Part shown: one piece after another, positions 18,141-28,305 of the stretch | Numbering within the stretch: the stretch's first letter is position 1 | Layout: each line of letters starts with the position of its first letter | Assembly: GCA_965140705.1 (NCBI GenBank) | Contig: OZ223301.1 | Span: 224,001-288,000 of the forward strand | Origin: an uncultured Arcobacter sp. | GTDB lineage: Bacteria; Campylobacterota; Campylobacteria; Campylobacterales; Arcobacteraceae | DNA length: 64,000 bases | Direction: 5' to 3' | Notes under the pieces: generated by a model | Seen by the model: the letters and a program-made list of their open reading frames with translations, nothing else | Database searches by the model: none | What the model was told of the DNA's origin: nothing | Position numbers and translations under genes: made by a program

Positions 18141-19391
18141 ATGAAACCCACAGATTACAATTTTAGACTCAAGGATTCTATTCTTGGTATACAGTTTTTG
18201 TTTGTTGCTTTTGGTGCACTTGTACTTGTACCAATCTTAACAGGACTTGATCCAAATGTTGCACTTTTTACAGCAGGGCTTGGTACTTTAGTATTTCAAC
18301 TTATAAATAGAAAAACAGTTCCCCCTATCTTTTTAGCTTCATCTTTTGCCTTTATTGCTCCTATTTCTTATGGGGTAAAAACTTGGGGAATAGCTGCAAC
18401 TATGTCAGGACTTGTTGCTTCTGGATTATTTTATGTTGTGCTTAGTTTTATTATTAGATTAAAAGGTGATAATTTTATTCATAAATTGTTACCAGCTGTT
18501 GTTGTGGGACCTGTGATTATTTCTATTGGACTTATTTTATCACCAGTTGCAGTAAATATGGCTATGGGTAAAACAGGCGATGGAGCAATTGTTTTAATTC
18601 CTTTTGATACAGCTATTATTATTTCTATGATTTCTCTTTTTACTATGGTATTTATTTCACTTTTAGGAAAAGGTATTTTCAAACTAATTCCTATTTTGGG
18701 TGCTATTTTTGTAGGTTATATTGTTTCAATATTTTTTGGGGTAGTTGATTTCTCAATTGTTGCAAAAGCTTCTTGGTTCTCTATTCCTAATTTTACAACT
18801 CCAGAGTTTAATTGGCAAGCTATTATTTTTATTTTACCAATTGCAATTGCACCTGCTATTGAGCATATTGGTGATATGTTGGCTATTTCAAATGTTACAA
18901 AAATGGATTATCTTAAAAAGCCAGGATTGAAAAATACGCTTTTAGGAGATGGTTTAGCAACTTCTGTTGCCTCAATGTTTGGTGGTCCACCAAATACTAC
19001 ATATTCAGAAGTTACAGGAGCAGTTACAGTAACAAAAGCATTTAACCCAGCAATCATGACTTGGGCTGCTATTGCTGCTATTGTTTTAGCATTTGTTGGG
19101 AAATTAGGTGGAATATTAGCTACTATTCCAGTTCCTGTTATGGGTGGAGTAATGTTATTACTTTTTGGAATTATTGCAAGTGTTGGTATTTCTACTTTAG
19201 TACGAGCTAATATTGATTTTAATTGTCCTAGAAATTTAGTTATTGTTTCTATGATTTTAGTTTTTGCTATTGGTGGAATGACTTTCAATTTTGGAGGAGT
19301 TTCATTCTCTGGAATTGGACTTGGTGCTATTACTGGTATATTTTTAAATCTAATATTACCACAACCACGAAAAGACGACCATATACTTTAG
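18141..19391 (+). CDS. uraA: Uracil permease (NCS2 family)
   Basis: QFLFVAFGALVLVP, SSFAFI, EHIGD and GGPPNTTYSE motifs. Divergent from upp. Confidence 0.9.
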   Translation: MKPTDYNFRLKDSILGIQFLFVAFGALVLVPILTGLDPNVALFTAGLGTLVFQLINRKTVPPIFLASSFAFIAPISYGVKTWGIAATMSGLVASGLFYVVLSFIIRLKGDNFIHKLLPAVVVGPVIISIGLILSPVAVNMAMGKTGDGAIVLIPFDTAIIISMISLFTMVFISLLGKGIFKLIPILGAIFVGYIVSIFFGVVDFSIVAKASWFSIPNFTTPEFNWQAIIFILPIAIAPAIEHIGDMLAISNVTKMDYLKKPGLKNTLLGDGLATSVASMFGGPPNTTYSEVTGAVTVTKAFNPAIMTWAAIAAIVLAFVGKLGGILATIPVPVMGGVMLLLFGIIASVGISTLVRANIDFNCPRNLVIVSMILVFAIGGMTFNFGGVSFSGIGLGAITGIFLNLILPQPRKDDHIL

Positions 19392-19417
19392 ATAAAAGGG
19401 GAATGTCTCCTTTTATC
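19391..19417 (+). terminator. Putative intrinsic terminator after uraA
   Basis: GATAAAAGG...CCTTTTATC hairpin right at the stop, followed by T-rich sequence. Confidence 0.55.
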
Positions 19418-19510
19418 ATCTTTTATAAACTTTTTTATTTGTTTTGTTGCTATATTGAAACCATATTAAAGTAAAATTTTTCTTTCTTAATAAACTTGAT
19501 GGAGAAAAGA

Positions 19511-19846
19511 ATGAAGAAATCTATCGAAGAAATTGTAAAAGCAAAAGAAAGTAAAGATTCAAAAGAGCTAAAAAAACTTTCAAAATCTTCACACTATAAA
19601 GTAAGAAGAGCAGTAGCTAGAAATCCACATACCACTCAAAAAACTTTAAAAAAATTACAAAATGATCCCATTTTAAATGTAGCATATATGGCAAATAGGT
19701 TTGCAGAAAAAAAAATCTCATTTAAAGAATGTTCTTCTTTATCTTATCCTTGTGTTATTTGTGAAGAAGATGAATCGGAGTTTCACAATATTTGTATGAG
19801 TTGTAATAAAACTAATTATCACAAAAGTAAAAAGTTGTTCTCTTAA
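19511..19846 (+). CDS. Small protein with LRV/HEAT-like repeat and C-terminal Cys cluster
   Basis: GGAG RBS before ATG 19511. VRRAVARNPHT..L..L..D repeat, then PCVIC-x10-CMSC. Confidence 0.65.
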   Translation: MKKSIEEIVKAKESKDSKELKKLSKSSHYKVRRAVARNPHTTQKTLKKLQNDPILNVAYMANRFAEKKISFKECSSLSYPCVICEEDESEFHNICMSCNKTNYHKSKKLFS

Positions 19847-19860
19847 AGATATAAATATAC

Positions 19861-20826
19861 TTATTTATTTTGTTGTATTTTACTCATTTCTTCTTTGAAT
19901 ACTCCAATGAAATGATTTACTACATCACCATCTAAATGTTTTGACATATCTTTTTTCATCATAACAAGAGTATTAAATGTACCTGTTGAATTTTTATAAC
20001 TTTTATTAGTGGTTAAGGCATCAAAGACATCACATACTGCAATTATTTTTGCAAATATACTCATATGTTCAGCTTTTTGTTTATCTGGATATCCTGTACC
20101 ATCAACTCTTTCATGATGGTTTCTAATTCCTGATAATATCTCTTTATTAGTAACTCCTAGTTGTCTTGCCATTGCCCATCCATACATTGGGTGTTTTTTA
20201 ACTTCATTAAACTCATGTTCAGTTAAAATACCTTCTTTATTTATGATTTTATCACTAATTTGAGTTTTCCCTAAATCATGAAGTAGGGCAGATATTCCCA
20301 AATTTTCTAAATCTTTTTTATTCATGCCCATATGTTTACCAAGACATAAAGAATAAACACTTACATTAAGTGAGTGAGTATGAGTGAGATAATCGCTTGC
20401 AAGTATTGTTATGAATGAACTTACAGAAAAATCATCATGTAAAATTGTAGATACCATATCACTTACTATATTTTCTACTTCCTTTACATTTTTCATTGTT
20501 TTTGGGTTTTCAAATATTTTATTTACAGTATCTCCCACTTCTTCATAGAAGTTTTTCATATTTTTAGGTATGAGTTTTGTACTTATATAGTTTTTATAAT
20601 AACTTTCGTAAAAATCTTTTTCACTTTCATGAACATACAAAAATTTATAATCTGAAAGATTATCAATATCATTCTGAATTAGTTTTCTACTTTTTGTAGA
20701 GACTAAAGAAACATTTTCTTCTTTTGTGTTTTTACCATACAAATCAAAGAAAAATTCAGCACCTTCATTTACTATTTCTCTATTAATAAGATAATATCTT
20801 TCTTTATTTACTATGTATTCATTCAT
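19861..20826 (-). CDS. HD-GYP domain phosphodiesterase
   Basis: HSLNV, LLHDLGK, HHERVDGTGYP and CDVFDALT motifs. Confidence 0.9.
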   Translation of the reverse strand: MNEYIVNKERYYLINREIVNEGAEFFFDLYGKNTKEENVSLVSTKSRKLIQNDIDNLSDYKFLYVHESEKDFYESYYKNYISTKLIPKNMKNFYEEVGDTVNKIFENPKTMKNVKEVENIVSDMVSTILHDDFSVSSFITILASDYLTHTHSLNVSVYSLCLGKHMGMNKKDLENLGISALLHDLGKTQISDKIINKEGILTEHEFNEVKKHPMYGWAMARQLGVTNKEILSGIRNHHERVDGTGYPDKQKAEHMSIFAKIIAVCDVFDALTTNKSYKNSTGTFNTLVMMKKDMSKHLDGDVVNHFIGVFKEEMSKIQQNK

Positions 20827-20984
20827 TTTTCTTTTAAGCTCACTTAGTAATTATGGTATTAATTTATCTATAGTAGTCTAAAAAAAATAAAATCTATATT
20901 AAAAAATAATTTTATAATATATTATTTTATAATGAATTTTATTATGAAATAAATATATATAATTTTTTTTATTATTTATTTGTT

Positions 20985-21908
20985 TCAATTTTCATTTAAA
21001 CATTCATTTATTTCTATACTTATATGAGATATTTTATGAAAATCTTTTAACAACTTTTTATAATAATCTACGGTTTTAGGATTATGCGTTATTATTGATA
21101 GTATGCATGAATAATGATTGGCACTAATTTTCCATATATGAATATCACTTACAATATTGTCTTCATCTTTTTGTATCTTTTCAATGATTTTATTTTGATA
21201 CTCTTTTTTTATATTTTCATCCAATAAAATAGGACTTGTCTCTTTTACTAATCCAATTGACCACTTAGTAATAATAATACCACCTACAATACCCATAATA
21301 GGATCTACCCAATTCCATCCAAAATATTTACCAAGAAGAAGTGCAAAAATAGCAAATAAAGATGTTAATGCATCTGCTAAAACATGAAAATATGCAGCTT
21401 TTATATTATGATCTTTGTGATGTTCATGACTATGTTCTTCCCCATGGTGATGATGGTCGTGATTATCATGAAGGATAAACATACTAGCTACATTTACAAC
21501 AAGTCCAATTATAGCTACAAGAATTGCTTCATTAAAATGTATGATTTGTGGTTCAAAGAATCTATTAATTGATTCTGCTACCATTAGTAGAGCGACTATT
21601 CCAAGTGCAATTGCACTTGTAAATCCTGCAAGGACATTTACTTTTCCTGTCCCAAAAGAATATTTGTCAGTATTTTCATATTTTTTTGCATATGAATATG
21701 CAAAAATGGTTATCATGAAAGCTGTAACATGGGTACCCATATGCCACCCATCTGCAAGTAATGCCATAGAACCATACATAGTTCCAGCAGTAATTTCTAC
21801 TATCATTGTAATAGCAGTTAGGATTAAAACATAGTAAGTATTTTTTTGAGCTCTATTGTTATTTGAATTATATTTGTGTGAGTGTCTCCATTTATCATGT
21901 GGGTGCAT
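20985..21908 (-). CDS. dmeF: CDF-family Co/Ni efflux transporter
   Basis: SMALLADGWHMGTH, His-rich loop, AYFHVLADALTS and DIHIW motifs. Confidence 0.85.
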   Translation of the reverse strand: MHPHDKWRHSHKYNSNNNRAQKNTYYVLILTAITMIVEITAGTMYGSMALLADGWHMGTHVTAFMITIFAYSYAKKYENTDKYSFGTGKVNVLAGFTSAIALGIVALLMVAESINRFFEPQIIHFNEAILVAIIGLVVNVASMFILHDNHDHHHHGEEHSHEHHKDHNIKAAYFHVLADALTSLFAIFALLLGKYFGWNWVDPIMGIVGGIIITKWSIGLVKETSPILLDENIKKEYQNKIIEKIQKDEDNIVSDIHIWKISANHYSCILSIITHNPKTVDYYKKLLKDFHKISHISIEINECLNEN

Positions 21909-21947
21909 TTTATTAAACCTTTGAATTAGTATTAAACTTACTTACAA

Positions 21948-22358
21948 TTATTGTGCCTTTAAAAAATCATTGATTATTTTTTTATGGTCAAATACTAATT
22001 TATCAAGTGGTAGTTTATCTTTTTCATAGATAAATACTTCTTTTGCATCATCTTGAGCGATAGGCTCTCCATATGCTTTACATATGTAAGCTAATGATAC
22101 TGTGTGAAATCTTTCATCTCTTTTTGGGTCTGAATATACTCCAAGAAGTGATTCGATTGTAACATCAAGTGAGGTCTCTTCTTTCATCTCCCTTACTACT
22201 GCATTTTCAACTGTTTCACCAATATCAACAAAGCCACCAGGAATAGCGATTCCAAGTGGTCTATTTAATCTTTCAATCAAAACGATTCCTCTAAAATTCT
22301 CTTTTTCATCATATAGTTTTATGATACCATCAACTGTTAAATAGGGTGTTTTTATCAT
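21948..22358 (-). CDS. NUDIX hydrolase
   Basis: PGGFVDIGETVENAVVREMKEET Nudix box and YSDPKRD. Likely start ATG 22358. Confidence 0.9.
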   Translation of the reverse strand: MIKTPYLTVDGIIKLYDEKENFRGIVLIERLNRPLGIAIPGGFVDIGETVENAVVREMKEETSLDVTIESLLGVYSDPKRDERFHTVSLAYICKAYGEPIAQDDAKEVFIYEKDKLPLDKLVFDHKKIINDFLKAQ

Positions 22359-22482
22359 TGTTTTCTTTCTATTTAGGTTATTATTTTTTAAGTATATCAA
22401 AAGTAATATAAACTATAAATATAGATTATAATAATAATTCTCATGAATACCTAAAGTTCTTCAAGAGAGGAGTTTATTAGTT

Positions 22483-23214
22483 TTATAAAACAATAGAATA
22501 CTTATTAACAATATCCAAAAGCACCTTTCCAGAGTTATGAGACTTTTCAAGTGTCAATCTATCTTTTGTACCTGATATTCCAACTGCACCTATTAGTATA
22601 TTTTGATGGTTGAATAGTGGAACAGCAACACATCTCATACCATCTTGATACTCTTTGTCATCGATAGAATAACCATTTTCCCTAACTTCTTTTAAAGTAT
22701 CTTTTAGACTCTTTAGACTTGTAATAGTATTGTGAGTATATGAGTTTAACTTTACTTTTTCCAAATCAAAGTTCCCAAAAGCTAGAATTGATTTACCTAA
22801 AGCATTTGTATGTAAAGGAGCTTGTAATCCTATTTTATTTCTTGTTTTAATTATCCTATCTGACTTATCAAATTGATTTAAATATAAAACTTTGTAGTTG
22901 TCAAAAATACCCAAATATGCACATTCATTTGTATTTAGATATATCTCTTCTAGAAGAGAGTTTGTTTTTTTTACAATAAGTTCTATTCTTGTTTTTGAGT
23001 TTGTTGGTTTTGTTATATCAGTAGCTATGATTTCATTTGATTTTTCTAAGTGAGTAATAAAACCCTCTTCTTCAAGGGTCTTTAAAAGTCTTGACATAGT
23101 GCTTTTTTCTATGTTTAATTTTTTGCATAATTGTTTTGCTAAAATAGGTTTATCGTAGTTTAGGATTTCCTTATAAACTTGTAAACCCTTTGTAAAAGAT
23201 TTGTTAGTTGACAT
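22483..23214 (-). CDS. IclR family transcriptional regulator
   Basis: N-terminal HTH KSTMSRLLKTLEEEGF, plus PLHTNALGKSILA and GYSIDDKEY..GMRCVAVP. Confidence 0.92.
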   Translation of the reverse strand: MSTNKSFTKGLQVYKEILNYDKPILAKQLCKKLNIEKSTMSRLLKTLEEEGFITHLEKSNEIIATDITKPTNSKTRIELIVKKTNSLLEEIYLNTNECAYLGIFDNYKVLYLNQFDKSDRIIKTRNKIGLQAPLHTNALGKSILAFGNFDLEKVKLNSYTHNTITSLKSLKDTLKEVRENGYSIDDKEYQDGMRCVAVPLFNHQNILIGAVGISGTKDRLTLEKSHNSGKVLLDIVNKYSIVL

Positions 23215-23241
23215 AATAAACTCTTTTTGTTTATTATATCA

Positions 23242-23273
23242 AATAACAGAACTATTTTAGTAGTTCTGTTATT
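23242..23273 (-). terminator. Hairpin between pfpI and iclR (putative terminator)
   Basis: AATAACAGAACTA-N6-TAGTTCTGTTATT inverted repeat just after the pfpI stop. Confidence 0.6.
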
Positions 23274-23279
23274 TTAAAC

Positions 23280-23843
23280 TTAAGCTAGAAGTTCATTGAA
23301 TTTTGCAAGCCATTTTGGATGAGCAGGCCAAGCAGCAGCTGTTACTAAATTCCCATCTACATAAGCATCTTCAAAACCGATATCTGCCCATTTACCACCA
23401 TTTGTAGTAAGGTCAGGTGAACAAGCTGGATAACAAGAACAAGTTCTATCTTTGACTATTCCAGCAGCAACTAATACTTGAACCCCATGACAAACTGAAG
23501 CTATTGGTTTATTTTTTGAGTTAAAGTTTTGAACTATTTCTAAAACTCTAGGATACAATCTAATATATTCAGGAGCTCTTCCTCCTGGAATTAGAAGTGC
23601 ATCATAGTTATTTTCATCTATTTCATCAAAAGTAGCATTTAATGTAAATTTGTGACCCGGTTTTTCTGTATAAGTTTGATCACCTTCAAAATCATGAATT
23701 GCAGTTTTTATTTGATCCCCTGCTTTTTTATCTGGACAAATAACATCAACAGTGTGTCCGACCATCAAAAGAGCTTGAAAGGGCACCATTAATTCGTAAT
23801 CTTCAACAAAGTCTCCAGCAATAATTAATATTTTTTTTGACAT
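23280..23843 (-). CDS. DJ-1/PfpI family protein
   Basis: [16 protein letters not shown], nucleophile SVCHG, and DGNLVTA..WP. AGGAG RBS before ATG 23843. Confidence 0.92.
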   Translation of the reverse strand: MSKKILIIAGDFVEDYELMVPFQALLMVGHTVDVICPDKKAGDQIKTAIHDFEGDQTYTEKPGHKFTLNATFDEIDENNYDALLIPGGRAPEYIRLYPRVLEIVQNFNSKNKPIASVCHGVQVLVAAGIVKDRTCSCYPACSPDLTTNGGKWADIGFEDAYVDGNLVTAAAWPAHPKWLAKFNELLA

Positions 23844-23924
23844 AATATTTCTCCTTTTTGTTAATAATAAATCATATAGCATAAAGTTTTAATTTATAAT
23901 TTAAAATGAAATTAATTCTTTCTA

Positions 23925-23941
23925 GTTTCATATTATGCAAC
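23925..23941. promoter_or_regulatory. Putative IclR-type operator upstream of pfpI
   Basis: Imperfect palindrome GTTTCATATTATGCAAC. Confidence 0.4.
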
Positions 23942-24027
23942 ACCATTTATTCTTAAATGATAATTAAATTTCTTTTGGCTAAAATTTACCTTTATTATGA
24001 ATTGATAATTACAAAACTAGGTATTAG

Positions 24028-25923
24028 ATGAAAATATTATTTTTACTTTTCTTATTTCTTTCAACACTATTTTCAGCTACCTTAGAGTCTTTACTTGATG
24101 AATATAAAAAAACCACTGAAAACTCATTAGAAACAGTAGATGAAAAGATGGGGCATGTTCGTATTTATTCTCAAAAAGAGATAAAACTTATGCAATATCA
24201 TAAATTAAGTGATATTTTAAAAGAGCTTCCATTATTTACACTAAATAGAAATAGATATGGAGTAGCTAATCCTTCACTTGCTGGTAGTAAGACAAGTGTT
24301 AGTGGATTTTTTAGATTTTTTATTAATGACCATGAAATAAGTTCAGCTCAAACAAAATCGCCATTTATTAATTGGGGTGATTTACCTTTAGATTTTATTG
24401 ACCATGTTGAGATATATTATGGACAAAGTTCTTTTTCCCTTGGAAATGATAGTGGGATATATTTTATAAGACTTTATACAAAAGACCCTAAAAAAGAAAA
24501 TGGTGCTGAAATTACTTCAAGAATTTCCAATAATCATACGAATTCAAATGGATTTACATATTCATCTCAATTGGGTACGGACTGGTCATATTTAATATAT
24601 TTAAACAATACAAAAATAAGAGATGATGCTGATTATAAGGGTAGAAAACTCTTAAATGATTCCCATAGAAGATATCTTTATTTAGATTTACAAAATGAAA
24701 CTACAAGCATCAATGTTGGATATAGTGATTTAACAAAAGATAATTATATGGGATTTTCAAAAGATGTTACTCCAAATAGTGGTGAAATATATTCAAAAGA
24801 CTATTTTTTTGATGTAACCAAATATTTTTTAGATGATAAATCAATAAAGTTTAATTTTGCATTTGGGAAAAATAATAGGAAGTATAAGGAAGAGAATAAA
24901 GAAAAAATTACAATTATCCCTTATCTTTTTACTTCAAAACAAAATATTACAAAATATGATGAAGATTTGGATTTAACAAAGATAAATGCATATTTATCAA
25001 AAACATTTGAATATAAAGATAATAATTTTTTAACTGCTTTAAGTATGGAAAATAAAAAGTATAAAGTAAATAATAGAACTATTGTTAATTCAAATACTAC
25101 TATTGATGTAGGAGCTTTTAATAATTTTAATGAAGAGAGTGTTTATTCATTCTTACTTCAAGATGATTATAGAATTAGAGATGATTTAATACTTATAGGA
25201 AATGCAAAATATGATAAATACAAAAGAAAAGGTTTTTTAAACGATTCTTCAAACAGTAATTATAGGGTAGGAACTATTTATACACCCTATAAAAATTTTG
25301 GTTTAAAAAGTTTTTATACAATAACAACTGTACCTCAAGATTTTTATAATGTTGATTTTGCTTTACCTGTAAAAAAAGATTTAAAGGAACAAAAATATAG
25401 ATTTTACACCCTAGAAGGTGTCTTTACTACAGATAACTCAAAATTTGGAATAACTTATGACCATGTTACTATAAAAGATTTTATATATTTCTCATCTGTT
25501 GGTTTTGTTAATGTTGATCATAAAATTACGACCAATGGTTGGCTATTTGATTATGAGTATAATTTTGAGAACCAAGATAAAGTAAAACTTAACTATTACC
25601 TAACAAGTTTAAGTGAGATTGCGAATAATTCACAAAGTGGTGGATATATCAAGTATATGGGAGAATCTGGAAAGTTTGAGTATTTTACTTTATTAAATTA
25701 TAAAAGTTCATATGACTATAAAGATGTTCATGTTGGCAGTGCATATGATGTAAGTATTGGTAGTACTTACAATGTAACTAAAAACTTAAGTCTAAGTCTA
25801 AAGGGTGAAAATATATTTGATAAATCAACCCAATCTCTTTTTTATGATGCTAGTACAAAAAAAGATTTTGCACTTAAAGATTATGGTAGAAGTGTCACTA
25901 TGACATTGAAATGGGTATTCTAA
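24028..25923 (+). CDS. TonB-dependent receptor-like outer membrane protein
   Basis: Signal peptide, plug-like LPLDFIDHVEIYYG, beta-strand pattern, GENIFDK and C-terminal KWVF. Confidence 0.8.
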   Translation: MKILFLLFLFLSTLFSATLESLLDEYKKTTENSLETVDEKMGHVRIYSQKEIKLMQYHKLSDILKELPLFTLNRNRYGVANPSLAGSKTSVSGFFRFFINDHEISSAQTKSPFINWGDLPLDFIDHVEIYYGQSSFSLGNDSGIYFIRLYTKDPKKENGAEITSRISNNHTNSNGFTYSSQLGTDWSYLIYLNNTKIRDDADYKGRKLLNDSHRRYLYLDLQNETTSINVGYSDLTKDNYMGFSKDVTPNSGEIYSKDYFFDVTKYFLDDKSIKFNFAFGKNNRKYKEENKEKITIIPYLFTSKQNITKYDEDLDLTKINAYLSKTFEYKDNNFLTALSMENKKYKVNNRTIVNSNTTIDVGAFNNFNEESVYSFLLQDDYRIRDDLILIGNAKYDKYKRKGFLNDSSNSNYRVGTIYTPYKNFGLKSFYTITTVPQDFYNVDFALPVKKDLKEQKYRFYTLEGVFTTDNSKFGITYDHVTIKDFIYFSSVGFVNVDHKITTNGWLFDYEYNFENQDKVKLNYYLTSLSEIANNSQSGGYIKYMGESGKFEYFTLLNYKSSYDYKDVHVGSAYDVSIGSTYNVTKNLSLSLKGENIFDKSTQSLFYDASTKKDFALKDYGRSVTMTLKWVF

Positions 25924-26390
25924 TGAAAACTTTGATAATAATACTTACAATAATATCATTTTCATTCGCTTCTTCTCAATATACTTTTTTAGTGAATAAA
26001 TATGATAAAGAGATAGACTTAGAAGCAAAAATTATTGCAAAAATAGCAAGAATTTCTTTAAAAGAGAAGATTAAACTTTTTATTCCAAATATAACTTCTC
26101 TTGAAAAAAGAGTTTATTCTAAATATTTTACTCTAAGTAATAATTGTGAAAACTCAAACTTTATTTTTGTAAAAAACAATATGAAAAATATAAATGTTTG
26201 TTCGGCAAAAAATAGATTATTTTTTACTAATAATTACAGAAAATTACTTTCTGATAAAAGATTTTTTGGGGCATTCTTTTGGAATAAAAGTAGACCAAAT
26301 ATTGTTTTCATAAAAACAAGATTAAGCAAGGATCATATCAAATTACCGAAAGAGTACGATCAGTTTGTGGAAGATTTTGATGAAAGATAA
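25923..26390 (+). CDS. Periplasmic protein, YfiR/DUF4154-like
   Basis: Signal peptide, two Cys, EAKII..., C..SNFIFV and C-terminal GAFFW...PNIVF...L...IKLP. ATG overlaps the receptor's TAA. Position between a TonB receptor and a GGDEF protein supports the call. Confidence 0.5.
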   Translation: MKTLIIILTIISFSFASSQYTFLVNKYDKEIDLEAKIIAKIARISLKEKIKLFIPNITSLEKRVYSKYFTLSNNCENSNFIFVKNNMKNINVCSAKNRLFFTNNYRKLLSDKRFFGAFFWNKSRPNIVFIKTRLSKDHIKLPKEYDQFVEDFDER

Positions 26391-28305
26391 AATATTTATA
26401 AGAAATCCTTTACGAATTATATTTTTAACTGCATTTATATCTTCTTTGTTACTTTTACTTTTATATGGGATTACATTATTAGAAAATAAAGTTGAAAAGA
26501 AAATGGTTGATATATCTATCTTTGATGTTATCTCTATTGCTAAAAATGATGCTCTTTCGATAGAAAATATTTTAAAAGATACTAAAAGCAAAGATTATGT
26601 TAAATCTATAGAAGAAGATGTAGCCTTGCAAAAGATAATAGAACATCATTTAAAGATATTATTAACAAAAAATATAAAATATTCATATGTTTTATATAAA
26701 GATGAAAAAGATGTATTTAGATTTTTAGCTGATGCTTCAAAGCCTGAAGAAAAAGCTGCTTTAAATCAAAAGTTTGATGTGGAAAGTGAAAAGTGGTTTA
26801 ATTTATATAAAACTAAAGAACCCCAACTAATAATGCATAAACTTTTACATGAGTTATCAATCACTTATCTTGTCCCTATTATGCAAAATGGAGAAGTGAA
26901 ACTTATTTTAGCAATAGATTTTTCAGTTAATAAAATAGAAGATATAAATAAGATGATTACTATAATTAAAAATGTAATTATAGGAATTATTCTTATTACT
27001 TTTATATTTTTAATAATCTTAATTATTCAAACATTTAAATATAGTGTTATGAAAAAAGTAATTTATATTGATAAATTAACAAATGTTTTTAACAGAAACT
27101 ATTTGCAAGAATTAGAGGATTTTATAAATTTAAATAATTATATTTTGGCTACTCTTGATATAGATTTTTTTAAAAGGGTTAATGATACTTATGGACATGA
27201 TATTGGGGATAGAATATTAAAAGATGTTGCAAGAATAATTTTAAAATCTACAAGAAATAAAGAGGACATCGTTATTAGATATGGAGGGGAAGAGTTTGTT
27301 ATTCTAGTAAAAGCTCCAAGAGATAATCATATAAATGCTTTAAATATAATAGAGAGAATTTATAAAAATATTCAAAAAAATAAATTTTATATAAATACTG
27401 AAAATTATATTAATATTACAGTTTCTATTGGAGTTAATCTTGTACCTTTTAAATCAAAAACTTTTTCAGAAGCTTTTAAATTAGCAGATATCGCTTTATA
27501 TAGTGCAAAAAATAAAGGTAGAAATACTATTGAAATTTATGATGAAAATGAAGATCAAATTGCTAATTGTTTATCTATTAGCGAAATAAATGAGGCAATG
27601 GATGAGAATAGGGTAATTTGTTTTTATCAAGGAATTGTTGATACAAATACAAAAGAGATATCACACTATGAAGCACTTTTACGAATAGTAGATAAAGATG
27701 GGACAATTATTACTCCTGATAAAATTTTACCTGCAATTCGTGGTACTTTTATTTTACGTAATATTACAAAATGTGTCTTAGATATTTGTTATAAAAGACT
27801 TTTAGAAGATGAAAACATCAAAATTAATGTTAATCTAAATCCCCAAGATATAATAAATGATTCTATTTTAAGTATCTTAATAACTTATGCGGAAGATAGA
27901 AGTATATCAAGTAGATTAGGTTTAGAGTTGGTTGAAAATGAAGATATTATGACTTGCCTTGATGCAAAAGAAAATCTATCGATGCTAAAAGATTTAGGAT
28001 ATAAGATTTTTATAGATGATTTTGGAAGTGGGTATTCAAATTTCATTTATCTAACTGAAATAAAAACTGATTATATTAAAATTGATGGAAATATTATCAA
28101 ACGAATACTTGAAGATGATGTCTCATTTTTATTAGTGAAAAGTATTGTTGCTTTTGCAAAAGAAGCCAAAATAAAAGTAATAGTTGAGTATGTAAGTAGC
28201 AAAGAAATTTTTGATAAAATAGAGTCTTTAGGAATTGAATATTCTCAAGGATTTTATTTCTCTATTCCCGCTTCTTTTGAAACAAAAGATTTAGTTGTTA
28301 GATGA
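26380..28305 (+). CDS. Membrane-anchored GGDEF-EAL diguanylate cyclase/phosphodiesterase
   Basis: Two TM helices around a periplasmic domain. DIDFFKRVNDTYGH, RYGGEEF, YEALLR, DDFGSGYS and QGFYFS motifs. Confidence 0.93.
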   Translation: MKDKIFIRNPLRIIFLTAFISSLLLLLLYGITLLENKVEKKMVDISIFDVISIAKNDALSIENILKDTKSKDYVKSIEEDVALQKIIEHHLKILLTKNIKYSYVLYKDEKDVFRFLADASKPEEKAALNQKFDVESEKWFNLYKTKEPQLIMHKLLHELSITYLVPIMQNGEVKLILAIDFSVNKIEDINKMITIIKNVIIGIILITFIFLIILIIQTFKYSVMKKVIYIDKLTNVFNRNYLQELEDFINLNNYILATLDIDFFKRVNDTYGHDIGDRILKDVARIILKSTRNKEDIVIRYGGEEFVILVKAPRDNHINALNIIERIYKNIQKNKFYINTENYINITVSIGVNLVPFKSKTFSEAFKLADIALYSAKNKGRNTIEIYDENEDQIANCLSISEINEAMDENRVICFYQGIVDTNTKEISHYEALLRIVDKDGTIITPDKILPAIRGTFILRNITKCVLDICYKRLLEDENIKINVNLNPQDIINDSILSILITYAEDRSISSRLGLELVENEDIMTCLDAKENLSMLKDLGYKIFIDDFGSGYSNFIYLTEIKTDYIKIDGNIIKRILEDDVSFLLVKSIVAFAKEAKIKVIVEYVSSKEIFDKIESLGIEYSQGFYFSIPASFETKDLVVR

